Part shown: positions 30,262 to 38,931 of the stretch, in pieces
Position numbering within the stretch: the stretch's first letter is position 1
Layout of the letters: every line of letters starts with the position of its first letter
IMG/VR virus record: IMGVR_UViG_3300037067_013225
Location: 1 to 64,000 of that record
Length of the DNA: 64,000 bases
Strand: one strand, 5' to 3'
From: a virus
Lineage: Duplodnaviria > Caudoviricetes
Program-made: the position numbers and the translations under genes
The notes under the pieces: model-generated
What the model was told of the DNA's origin: nothing
The model's database searches: none
Seen by the model: the letters and a program-made list of their open reading frames with translations, nothing else

Positions 30262-30546
30262 ATGCGGTGGATTTGCATCATCCTGTTATGTGTGGGATGT
30301 TGCGCACCGATTCCCAAAGTGCATGTAATTGATCGCGTTGGGGATATTACGATTTATGTTCAAGATAAGTGGATCGAATTGGAGAAAGATTATCTTGAAA
30401 AGGGTGATAAAGTTAAAATTGGCCCAGATTCAAAATTAAAAATTAATCTGGGAAATGGTAATATTATTATATTGCGCCAAAATACTATTTTATACATTGG
30501 CGACAATGAAATCGAAATTGATGCATTAGCTGTTTGCAGAGGATGA
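30262..30546 (+). CDS. lipoprotein with FecR-like domain
   Basis: restart MRWICIILLCVGC; LEKGDKVKIGPDSKLKINLGNGNIIILRQNT. Confidence 0.6.
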   Translation: MRWICIILLCVGCCAPIPKVHVIDRVGDITIYVQDKWIELEKDYLEKGDKVKIGPDSKLKINLGNGNIIILRQNTILYIGDNEIEIDALAVCRG

Positions 30547-30768
30547 TATGAAAAAAATTGATGTGGAATTTCTAATCACAGATTGGCAACGTGGATTGGA
30601 ATCAATCTATAATACGGAAGAATGTCAAAATTATACCGATGGCGATTTACATCGCGGTATGATATTGCATGGATCTGTTGAATTATCCGAAGAAGATGCG
30701 GATCGCCTAAAGATTGCATTGTCTAGGCGTGCATCTCCATCATTGGTAATAAAAATTTAGGAGAGCGT

Positions 30769-31392
30769 ATGCGAATTGTCGTGATTGTTTTATCATTGCT
30801 ACTTTTTTGTAGCACTGCGTGGGCTTTAGATCCGGGATTCAAGGATTCCCTGGTTAATCGTAATGCATGGGTCACTACAAGCGAAACATGTTTTTGCGAG
30901 GGATCTTATTACGGAAAGTTAGGTCAAGCAACGTATTTGTTTGAACGCGACGGTTATGGATATTGGCTAACCACATACAATACCGTTTCCGATTGGAATG
31001 ATCTGTATGTGGGTAATCTACCAGCAGAGATTATATCTCATGGACGTTCTGTATGCGAACCGTATGATGCAAACGATTGGGCAGTTTTGAGAACAGCCCA
31101 GCCTCTATTCATTTTACCGATTATGTTGGATTATAATGTTCAAATTAACGAGAATCTATATTATGTTAACGCGAACGGATATAGATCCATCACAAAATGT
31201 TCCGTGCGAGAAACAGGATATCAGATCGTTTTAACAATGACTACACCGCAAGTATTGAATACCGGTGCGGGCGTTTTTAACGCTGAGGGATATCTGGTGG
31301 GGATCGTCTTGGGTAAGGTGCCGGGATATCGTAAGACCGCAGTATTATTGATTCGGCCAGAGATTTTTGAGGATTTTCCCGAAATTCCTTGA
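30769..31392 (+). CDS. secreted trypsin-like protein, probably inactive
   Basis: signal peptide; WLTTYNTV, DWAVLR, LNTGAGVFNAEGYLVGI. Confidence 0.65.
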   Translation: MRIVVIVLSLLLFCSTAWALDPGFKDSLVNRNAWVTTSETCFCEGSYYGKLGQATYLFERDGYGYWLTTYNTVSDWNDLYVGNLPAEIISHGRSVCEPYDANDWAVLRTAQPLFILPIMLDYNVQINENLYYVNANGYRSITKCSVRETGYQIVLTMTTPQVLNTGAGVFNAEGYLVGIVLGKVPGYRKTAVLLIRPEIFEDFPEIP

Positions 31393-31417
31393 CAAACGCG
31401 TTAGGTTGTGTTATACT
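31389..31417 (+). promoter_or_regulatory. sigma70 promoter for the Y RNA/Ro60 locus
   Basis: TTGACA-17-TATACT followed by about 270 nt of non-coding structured sequence. Confidence 0.85.
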
Positions 31418-31489
31418 TATGCCGTAGTGGAAGTTGAGTTGGACGAGGGCTTGTCCTGGTAGACGAAATGATTCACTACTTGAAAGTTT

Positions 31490-31561
31490 AGCGTGATGGT
31501 TTGAGTGTTACTTCACAATTTCAAGCATTGTACCAAAACGACACTCAGAGAGAAATCCGCT
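31490..31561 (+). ncRNA. short Y RNA-like RNA (Y1)
   Basis: pairings AGCG/CGCT, GAT/ATC, TGAGTGT/ACACTCA; internal T-arm-like ACAAT-TTCAAGC-ATTGT; 5' strand shared with Y2 and Y3. Confidence 0.7.
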
Positions 31562-31578
31562 TTTTGAAAATTGAAAAT

Positions 31579-31677
31579 AGGGATGATGGATAGAGGGTTC
31601 CTTCACTTTTAATGACGAGGTCGTTGATTCGAATTCAACCTCACGATTGCAAGATTTTGGGTAGCTCAGTGGCTAGA
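31579..31677 (+). ncRNA. YrlA-like Y RNA (Y2), cut in the D arm by an HNH gene
   Basis: 5' TGATGG...GAGGGTTCCTTCA; CTTTTAA loop, AGGTC, T arm GTTGA-TTCGAAT-TCAAC, then TAGCTCAGTGGCTAGA. Confidence 0.7.
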
Positions 31678-31693
31678 TTGGGTAAAATTATGT

Positions 31694-32200
31694 ATGAGCG
31701 AAAATGAATTGCAACGATACATAAACGACAACCTCTCTATTCGTCAAATGTGTGAAATAACAGGAAAGGGATATTCAACAATCAGATATTGGTTGTCTGT
31801 TTTTAATTTGAAAACTAATCATAAGAGTTTTGGACAAGCAAAACTGATACAATTTCGGTGTTGGATATGTGGTGATACTAATCCTGACCATTTTTATGGT
31901 CATAAGAAAAGTCTTTGTAAGAGTTGCTATAATGCTAAAGTTATTACTCAGCAGGATCAAAATAAACGAGACATAGTTAAGTATTTGGGTGGTAAATGTG
32001 TGAAGTGTGGTTATGATAAAGCTTGTTGTTCATTAGAGGTTCACCATTTAGATCCAACAAAAAAAAAGATTAGAGGCTCTTCCTTAAAAAATTATAAAAT
32101 AGCCAGTCTTATTGAAGAATTGGATGGTTGTATTTTGCTTTGTTCTAACTGTCATAAAGAGGAACATCACGGAATTCTCCCTCCAATCGGCAATGAATAG
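31694..32200 (+). CDS. HNH endonuclease, homing-type
   Basis: N-terminal HTH-like segment; CWIC/CKSC; GGKCVKCGY...LEVHHLDP...LLCSNCHKEEH. Confidence 0.9.
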   Translation: MSENELQRYINDNLSIRQMCEITGKGYSTIRYWLSVFNLKTNHKSFGQAKLIQFRCWICGDTNPDHFYGHKKSLCKSCYNAKVITQQDQNKRDIVKYLGGKCVKCGYDKACCSLEVHHLDPTKKKIRGSSLKNYKIASLIEELDGCILLCSNCHKEEHHGILPPIGNE

Positions 32201-32325
32201 AGTGATGGCCGAAGGGATACTTCATTGGGAACTTTGGATGTAGGTTCGATTCCTACCCTCCCGATACCGGGAGGTAGCTTAGCGGCAGAGCAAAAGTAGT
32301 AAGACACCCTTCAAATAAATCCTCT
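32199..32325 (+). ncRNA. complete YrlA-type Y RNA (Y3), circularly permuted tRNA mimic
   Basis: closing stem AGAG/CTCT, GAT/ATC, GAAGGG/CCCTTC with GCCGAAG motif; ACTTT/AAAGT stem; T arm GTAGG-TTCGATT-CCTAC; closed acceptor CCTCCCG-ATAC-CGGGAGG; D arm TAGCTTAGCGGCAGAGC; next to Ro60. Confidence 0.85.
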
Positions 32326-32351
32326 TTAATTTCAATATTGTGAGATGAGCA

Positions 32352-32546
32352 ATGAATATCGAATTTTTCCAGAGATTAATGGTAACGGTACTTTTTATAC
32401 TTTCCATAATTTATAACATATGGGCAATGGGAGATCATTCATTATCTGATACTCAAAAGATAATACTATTGGGTATTTCTGCCATTTATCTTATCGGTGG
32501 CGCTATTATTTCCGCATTGGCGACTATTATTGGCAAGATGAAGTAA
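32352..32546 (+). CDS. small two-TM membrane protein
   Basis: two hydrophobic helices in 64 aa. Confidence 0.65.
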   Translation: MNIEFFQRLMVTVLFILSIIYNIWAMGDHSLSDTQKIILLGISAIYLIGGAIISALATIIGKMK

Positions 32547-32576
32547 TTTTATTCTAATATATCTTTCTGGAGAGAA

Positions 32577-34109
32577 ATGATGGCAAAATTCAACAAAACG
32601 TCTACGATTCCGGTAGCTCAGAATAAAGCTGGCGGCAAAGCATACAATTTGGATTACAAATCAGAAATCGCAACGATTTTATTATCGTCTTTTCTGAATA
32701 ATCAATATTATGCAGCCGGTTCGGAAGTAATTAATAGAATTAAAGAAATCGCACACGATCCTAAAACGGATAAAATGTTCTTGGCAAAAACTGCAATTTA
32801 TGCTCGAAATGAATTCGGTATGCGATCTGCAAGTCATGTTTTAATGGCGGAACTTGCATCGGAAATGACGATGAATCCGCTTTACAAATATGCCGTCAAG
32901 GCAGTATGTCATCGTCCGGATGATATGACGGAAATTCTCTCGTATTATTGGGCGAATGGTGGCTTAAAGAAACCGCACCACGCTCTACTAAAAGGTCTAG
33001 CATTATCTGTGCATAATTTTAACAGATATCAGCTAGCCAAATACAAGGCTGCATCAAAGGATGTTTCATTGATCGATCTAATTCGCATCACACATCCCTT
33101 GTCCAAGAATATTCTAAAGCTATTACCACCGAATGATCTCGTATTGTTGGATGAGCGGCGCAATGCAATTACGGATTTGATTTATGATCATCTGAAGGAT
33201 GAAACATACCAGACAAAGAAAACCGTTATTGGTCAAAGTGATTCTTCCGACGAAGAAAAGAAATCCATGACGGCAGAAATGTGGTCCGATTTTGTTAACA
33301 ATCCGAAGGTAGAATATTTTGCGTTATTGCGCAATCTAAATAATATCGCAGAGCAGAGCGATTCTTCAACGTTAACAAAGGCACTGGAAGTTCTAACGAA
33401 CGAACAACGCATCAAGCGCAGCATGGTTTTGCCGTTTAGATTTGCGGTAGCGCGCAAGCTATTTATGGGCGATATTATGGGACGCGGAAAGAAGGCCAAT
33501 TTTTCTGCGCAGATTATTTCCGCGCTAGATAAAGCGATGGACATTTCATTGAGCAATGTTCCGGAGTTTGCAGGAAAAACATTGGTTGCGGTCGATGTAT
33601 CGGGAAGTATGTCTGCGGATGCAACGAATGCACACATGTCATGTAGCGAGATTGCTGGATTATTTGCGGCTGCTCTATTCAAAAAGAATGCCGATCTCAT
33701 GTCTTTTGATACGCATGGTCGCTATGTTAGGGTCTCTCCAAATGACAGTATTTCTACCATTGCGGAGAAGATTTATAAATCCGGTTCCGGTGGCACATCA
33801 TTTGCGGCGATTTTTGAAACCGCATCTAAGGTATATGATAGGGTGATTATTCTCTCTGATATGCAGTCATGGAAAGACGATACTCAGTACGGATTGAAAG
33901 AATATCGTGAGAGATTTAGTGCCGATCCGTATATGTATTGCGTGGATTTGGCCGGACACGGTACGACACAATTTAAGAACAAGTTGATTACTTTATCTGG
34001 TTGGAGCGAGAAGCTTTTTGATTTGATTAAGCAGGCCGAACAAGATCCGCAAGTAATGATTCATGCGATTGAATCTGTGAGTTTTGGTAGAGCCAGCACC
34101 GCAAAATAG
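32577..34109 (+). CDS. Ro60/Rsr TROVE-domain RNA-binding protein
   Basis: NKAGGKAY, YARNEFGMRS, RPDDMTE, YQLAKY, YFALLRNL, VLPFRF; vWA VAVDVSGSM, GGT, IILSDMQ. Confidence 0.93.
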   Translation: MMAKFNKTSTIPVAQNKAGGKAYNLDYKSEIATILLSSFLNNQYYAAGSEVINRIKEIAHDPKTDKMFLAKTAIYARNEFGMRSASHVLMAELASEMTMNPLYKYAVKAVCHRPDDMTEILSYYWANGGLKKPHHALLKGLALSVHNFNRYQLAKYKAASKDVSLIDLIRITHPLSKNILKLLPPNDLVLLDERRNAITDLIYDHLKDETYQTKKTVIGQSDSSDEEKKSMTAEMWSDFVNNPKVEYFALLRNLNNIAEQSDSSTLTKALEVLTNEQRIKRSMVLPFRFAVARKLFMGDIMGRGKKANFSAQIISALDKAMDISLSNVPEFAGKTLVAVDVSGSMSADATNAHMSCSEIAGLFAAALFKKNADLMSFDTHGRYVRVSPNDSISTIAEKIYKSGSGGTSFAAIFETASKVYDRVIILSDMQSWKDDTQYGLKEYRERFSADPYMYCVDLAGHGTTQFKNKLITLSGWSEKLFDLIKQAEQDPQVMIHAIESVSFGRASTAK

Positions 34110-34134
34110 CTATTCCGTCACCTCCTATAGTCCT

Positions 34135-34156
34135 AGGCGGCGCAAGCCGCCTTTTT
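34135..34156 (+). terminator. intrinsic terminator
   Basis: AGGCGGC-GCAA-GCCGCCT plus T run. Confidence 0.9.
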
Positions 34157-34159
34157 GTT

Positions 34160-34168
34160 GGGTAAATT
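34160..34168 (+). promoter_or_regulatory. putative late promoter GGG-TAAATT, leaderless
   Basis: same geometry at 30248, 31680, 40958, 45381, 52192(-), 52883, 59925. Confidence 0.65.
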
Positions 34169-34174
34169 AGCCGT

Positions 34175-35521
34175 GTGGCATCCTTTATATATACAACGGG
34201 CAGAATCGGATTAGCGGATGGAACTGAACAATGGGCGAATGCTGCATACGATTACAAAGTTATGCTCGTTTATTCTTCTTACGTCCCAGACATATCAGAT
34301 ACAGTATCCGATATCAGCGCATATGAAGTTACGGGAACCGGGTATGTTCCAGGTTATGCGCAGACTGGACGAAAGGCTCTATCAAATCGATCAATAACGC
34401 ACAACAATAACATAACCAAGTATCTGGCTGGAAGTATTCTATGGGATACTTTAAATGTTGGAACTATTCATGCAATAGTTATTATTAGAGAAACTGGTGG
34501 TTCAGACGCAAGTTCTATTCCTATAGCGTATATTGATTCTGATTTAATGCCGTTATTTCCTATAATTACAGATGGCGGATATGTTGGATTTGATTTTAGC
34601 GTTTCTGGCATTATACAATATCAAGAGGCTACGGCTTACTCTGGGATATCTGGTTACTCCGGGATCAGTGGGTATTCAGGAATGTCCGGTTTGCCAGGAT
34701 TAGGTATCTCAGGCTATTCGGGATCAGGGATATCTGGATATTCGGGAGCGTCCGGATATAGCGGCGCTTCCGGGGCTGGTTATAGCGGTGAGAGCGGTTA
34801 TTCCGGTATTTCAGGGTATTCGGGCATAAGCGGATATTCTGGCGTTTCCGGTTTTTCAGGCTCAGGGATATCGGGATATTCAGGATCGGGCATTTCAGGT
34901 TATTCAGGTGCAGGCGCATCTGGTACTTCCGGTTATTCTGGTTTATCCGGATATAGTGGAAGAAGTGGATATTCGGGAATTTCCGGCTACTCTGGTTCTG
35001 GTATCTCCGGTTATAGTGGGTCAGGTGTTTCAGGATACTCTGGTTCCGGGATATCCGGTTATTCTGGCATAAGTGGTTATTCGGGTAAATCTGGATATTC
35101 TGGCGTTTCTGGTTATAGTGGTATTTCGGGTTACTCTGGGACAAGCGGTTATTCCGGTATTTCGGGTTACTCTGGGACAATCACTGGAACATTCACACAG
35201 GGAATGACTATGTGTAATTCTACTGGGATTGCCAATTCGGCTTTAAATATCATTGCGTGGAGAGCACCATTTTCATGTACCGTGACCAACGTTCGAGGTT
35301 ATAGGGTTGGCGGTACTGGTGCCACTATAAATGCCAGAAAGAATGGAACCGATAATCATTTAGCGTCTGCTTTATCCATATCTGGCACAGATACATGGAT
35401 AGATGGTGGTGCGGTGCAAAATACCTCATATTCTGCGGGTGATAAACTGGAATTGATGTTGGTTTCTACAGCCGGAACCGTAACACAATTGGGATTTTTG
35501 GTGGAGTTTTCAAGATCATGA
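34175..35521 (+). CDS. virion fibre-like protein with (SGY/SGI) triplet repeat
   Basis: about 180 aa of Ser-Gly-X repeat between two globular domains. Confidence 0.75.
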   Translation: MASFIYTTGRIGLADGTEQWANAAYDYKVMLVYSSYVPDISDTVSDISAYEVTGTGYVPGYAQTGRKALSNRSITHNNNITKYLAGSILWDTLNVGTIHAIVIIRETGGSDASSIPIAYIDSDLMPLFPIITDGGYVGFDFSVSGIIQYQEATAYSGISGYSGISGYSGMSGLPGLGISGYSGSGISGYSGASGYSGASGAGYSGESGYSGISGYSGISGYSGVSGFSGSGISGYSGSGISGYSGAGASGTSGYSGLSGYSGRSGYSGISGYSGSGISGYSGSGVSGYSGSGISGYSGISGYSGKSGYSGVSGYSGISGYSGTSGYSGISGYSGTITGTFTQGMTMCNSTGIANSALNIIAWRAPFSCTVTNVRGYRVGGTGATINARKNGTDNHLASALSISGTDTWIDGGAVQNTSYSAGDKLELMLVSTAGTVTQLGFLVEFSRS

Positions 35522-37467
35522 CCAGATTAAAGACAGTCGAATTTCATATCCCAACACTAGCTGCATTGCCAGACAACACTCTAACAGCCATGCAGCAAAT
35601 AACACTATATGTGCCGGAAGTTGATAACGTTGTAACATGGAAATCATGCGTTATTAACGTCTCATTCAAACAACTATCTGGACACGTTTTGGGAAATATT
35701 AATAGCCGTCAAATTGATGTTAGCGTTAATGGCGCTGCCGCAACGAGCTATATCAATGCGAATCTTTATACTGCTTCTGGAGAGAATATTTGTCTATTTC
35801 ACGGTGCGAATTGCACCGATCATTTTACGTCTAATTGGACGGAAAATCCCACAGCTACATTGGATATCTCTGTCCTGATTGACGATGCATCTGCTACTCC
35901 CGTATGGGGTGGCGTGGATGCCACGATATATTTAACTTACGAATATGACGATACATCAACCACTCAGATTAAGACCGTTTATATTCCGTTAGATGCTCCG
36001 GTAGGAGCCTTTGGGACATCCAAACCCGGCACACCCACTGCAACAATTGCGGCCCTAGATACTGATTTACCAGAATATAGTAAGGTTATCCGGAGTATGT
36101 ATATCGTGTGTCAGGGTAACACGGGGATAACGGCAACGACGGATTATATTGTGAATATGCAAATAGATACATATACTGCGTTTGCATCGCCCACATTAGA
36201 GGGGGGATTGGCATCAGCAAAATGGGAGCGGAATATAGCATCACTGTTATATTATGATGGTACTCCATCGGTACAGGGAATCGGGATGGATACTTCCGCA
36301 TCTCATGGATTCTATCTTTGGGCCAATATAGCCAAACTTAATCATCAGCAAGTATATATGGTAGTCACTTATGAATTCGATGCTTATGATACAAATGATG
36401 TTTTTGTTTCTGTGATGTTGCCAATGAAAATTGATGCACAAATGGGAATGGCTGCTTCTGATTTCCAACGTGGGTTGTCGGAATTGTGGATTGAAGAGGA
36501 AAATATCTCCGTAAAACAAATTGCCTGTTATGCTTTTTGGGATCAGAGTAATGTACTTAGTTCTCTAAATATGCGTATTGGAACGGGGGATTTTGTAACT
36601 TATACCGATTCGGCAGCTACCGTTTGTGGTTCGGTTGGTTGTATGGTGCGAAATGATAATGCTACAATATTGGCAAGGGGGAAAAATCTATTCAATTACG
36701 ATGTGTATCTCACACCTACAAATGCGATATGGGGTTGGGCTGTCAATGGTTTCTGGATCATTAACTATATCGGAAACAAACCTGTGGCTGGTTATGGAGC
36801 AGCCAATCATACCGTTAGATGGAATTTTATCGCACCCTATAGTGGTACTTCGATTGCCACACAAACAAAAACCACCACATCTGCGATTGCCCCAGAAATA
36901 CCCGAAACCGAATATTGGCTAAGCAACGCAGGCACATCCTATACCTATTATACGGACGCTGCCGGTTCCGTAACATATTTGCAGGTATCAATAGAAAATA
37001 CTGCTGATGAGAGCGGGGTGCAGTGGATTCCTGTATTTTTAAATGCAAGTGTTCCAGATTCGGAAACTGGACTACATTCTGTTTTTGCAGACTGTAGTTT
37101 GTATCTCAAACGAGAGCCAAACGATCCGACAAACTGCGATATTATTAAAGCGGCGTGTTTAGATATAGAGACTCCTCGTAGATGGGATGTATTGCATCTT
37201 GGTGGTAGCATATGGGAGTCTCTGGATATGTGGTTTACATATCACACCAACATGTATGAGGTGGCTGGAAATATAACGCAGAGTGCGGGTGGTACTATAA
37301 ATATTCAGGTATGGGATAATGTGACTAAGGAATTAAGGGCAACAACAACGATTGTGGGTGACGGAGCGTATTCCGTTTTAATATACGATAGTGCTCATGA
37401 TATATTTGTGGAGGCTCTGGAAGATTCAACGCATATCGGTCGTTCAAATACAGGGGAAGCAGAATAA
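35518..37467 (+). CDS. probable virion structural protein
   Basis: 649 aa, Thr/aromatic-rich, coupled to the fibre gene. Confidence 0.6.
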   Translation: MTRLKTVEFHIPTLAALPDNTLTAMQQITLYVPEVDNVVTWKSCVINVSFKQLSGHVLGNINSRQIDVSVNGAAATSYINANLYTASGENICLFHGANCTDHFTSNWTENPTATLDISVLIDDASATPVWGGVDATIYLTYEYDDTSTTQIKTVYIPLDAPVGAFGTSKPGTPTATIAALDTDLPEYSKVIRSMYIVCQGNTGITATTDYIVNMQIDTYTAFASPTLEGGLASAKWERNIASLLYYDGTPSVQGIGMDTSASHGFYLWANIAKLNHQQVYMVVTYEFDAYDTNDVFVSVMLPMKIDAQMGMAASDFQRGLSELWIEEENISVKQIACYAFWDQSNVLSSLNMRIGTGDFVTYTDSAATVCGSVGCMVRNDNATILARGKNLFNYDVYLTPTNAIWGWAVNGFWIINYIGNKPVAGYGAANHTVRWNFIAPYSGTSIATQTKTTTSAIAPEIPETEYWLSNAGTSYTYYTDAAGSVTYLQVSIENTADESGVQWIPVFLNASVPDSETGLHSVFADCSLYLKREPNDPTNCDIIKAACLDIETPRRWDVLHLGGSIWESLDMWFTYHTNMYEVAGNITQSAGGTINIQVWDNVTKELRATTTIVGDGAYSVLIYDSAHDIFVEALEDSTHIGRSNTGEAE

Positions 37468-37586
37468 TGGCATTTGATATCGTATTAAGAGATAACGGAT
37501 CAAATTCTTTTGATATCTCTTTATCTGATGCGCCAACCGCCGAAGAGACATTAATTTTATTGTGGAATAATGAGGGATTGATTTGA
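37467..37586 (+). CDS. 39-aa ORF not in the ORF track
   Basis: TAATG coupling; MAFDIVLRDNGSNSFDISLSDAPT...; overlaps next gene. Confidence 0.5.
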   Translation: MAFDIVLRDNGSNSFDISLSDAPTAEETLILLWNNEGLI

Positions 37587-37966
37587 ATTACGATATTTTT
37601 GTAGAGCCGCTGGTTGATTATCAGATAATTCCGGCACCTATTGCGCTTTATTCAGATTTATGTTTTCAAAAACGGCCATTTGGACGTTTCTCGTACAATA
37701 AAATAATTCCTCAATATACCGGAATTAAACTAATTCGCAGCCTAGATGATCAATATATGTGGGTTGGCACAGCCGGATTGTGGTCCGCTAAAGTCTGGAA
37801 GAACCAACCATACACAAGTGGCGATGCCGGTTTCGGCTACGAAATTCTAAAACGAGCATCCGTGGTGCTCAAGGGGCATCAAACCTACGGTGTCATGTCT
37901 GATATTCCGGCGTTGGAGCAATTTATTAATAAATCGATATATGAGATGCGCAACCAATATCGGTAA
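37583..37966 (+). CDS. hypothetical protein
   Basis: 127 aa, coupled to upstream ORF. Confidence 0.55.
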   Translation: MNYDIFVEPLVDYQIIPAPIALYSDLCFQKRPFGRFSYNKIIPQYTGIKLIRSLDDQYMWVGTAGLWSAKVWKNQPYTSGDAGFGYEILKRASVVLKGHQTYGVMSDIPALEQFINKSIYEMRNQYR

Positions 37967-38015
37967 TTTTCCGTAACCGCTTGACATCGGCACGATGTTG
38001 TGGTATTATTAGACC

Positions 38016-38432
38016 ATGCAGCGATTGCGGTATGACGGTTTCGAGGTTGAGTTCGTTTATGATGGCGATCAAAATCTCTTGATCGAATTTGTCGAAATGG
38101 GAGATCGAAGAGATCTCATTGTCGCTCTACGTTATTGGGGAGGCATCCCTCGTTGGACTGGTAAAGTCGGGCAAGTAGCCATACAGGGGAATCAGGCATT
38201 CGTTAAGTGTGATTTCGCACTTGCGCGGAGTTCCGATCCTCTAGGTCAAAGTAAGAACAAAGACAATCATGCATTGCATGAGTTGATTAGATTTGTTCAC
38301 GATGGAGTTTATACAAAGAAGTCTGGTACCATTGCCAAACCATCAGGCTCTATTCCATTTCGTATTACTTCTGGATATGATTTGGAAAAGAGTGGATTTA
38401 GGAATGAAGAATTACAATGGGTAGATTTTTAA
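38016..38432 (+). CDS. VDF-tagged protein, leaderless
   Basis: TTGACA(37981)-17-TATTAT-6nt-ATG; ends EELQWVDF*. Confidence 0.8.
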   Translation: MQRLRYDGFEVEFVYDGDQNLLIEFVEMGDRRDLIVALRYWGGIPRWTGKVGQVAIQGNQAFVKCDFALARSSDPLGQSKNKDNHALHELIRFVHDGVYTKKSGTIAKPSGSIPFRITSGYDLEKSGFRNEELQWVDF

Positions 38433-38448
38433 ATTAAAGGAGTATTGC

Positions 38449-38931
38449 ATGTGTACAGATCCGTATGATTCGACAGATAAGTTGTTCAAACAACTTGTAA
38501 GAGAAAAACGTTGTACTGTGGGATTTTTTGAGCGGGAATATACCGTTGCAGTTGATCCGACACCTCTGCTTTCCCGTCAGGGCGTTTTTGCACGAAACAA
38601 TGATATTGCATTGGCACAAGTATATACGCTTGATACCGTGTGTGTGTTGCGTGTGCCTGGTGGATATATCGTTGGAACTACCGCCCAATCGCCAGAAGAT
38701 ACCGAAGATAGAGAGCTTGCCAAATTCAAGGCATTTCGTCGCGCTCTAGAGAATGCGGTTAAGTCCAAACCGATCCAGTATCAACAGATCGCCAAAACGA
38801 TCAAGGAATCCCTTGCCGAAAAAATCGGCCAAAAATATGGTACATCGTTCAAACATATCGGATTGAAAAACGAAACGTTTGATATCGATGTTGATGAATT
38901 CGTTAAAACGTGTAAAAATCTTGTAGTTTAA
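38449..38931 (+). CDS. hypothetical phage protein
   Basis: AAGGAG SD, 160 aa. Confidence 0.7.
   Translation: MCTDPYDSTDKLFKQLVREKRCTVGFFEREYTVAVDPTPLLSRQGVFARNNDIALAQVYTLDTVCVLRVPGGYIVGTTAQSPEDTEDRELAKFKAFRRALENAVKSKPIQYQQIAKTIKESLAEKIGQKYGTSFKHIGLKNETFDIDVDEFVKTCKNLVV

Noticed and set aside
31600-32300. Canonical tRNA-Lys and tRNA-Pro genes
   Set aside because: T arm precedes D arm, the acceptor stem is loop-closed and there is no CCA end; this fits YrlA-type Y RNA.
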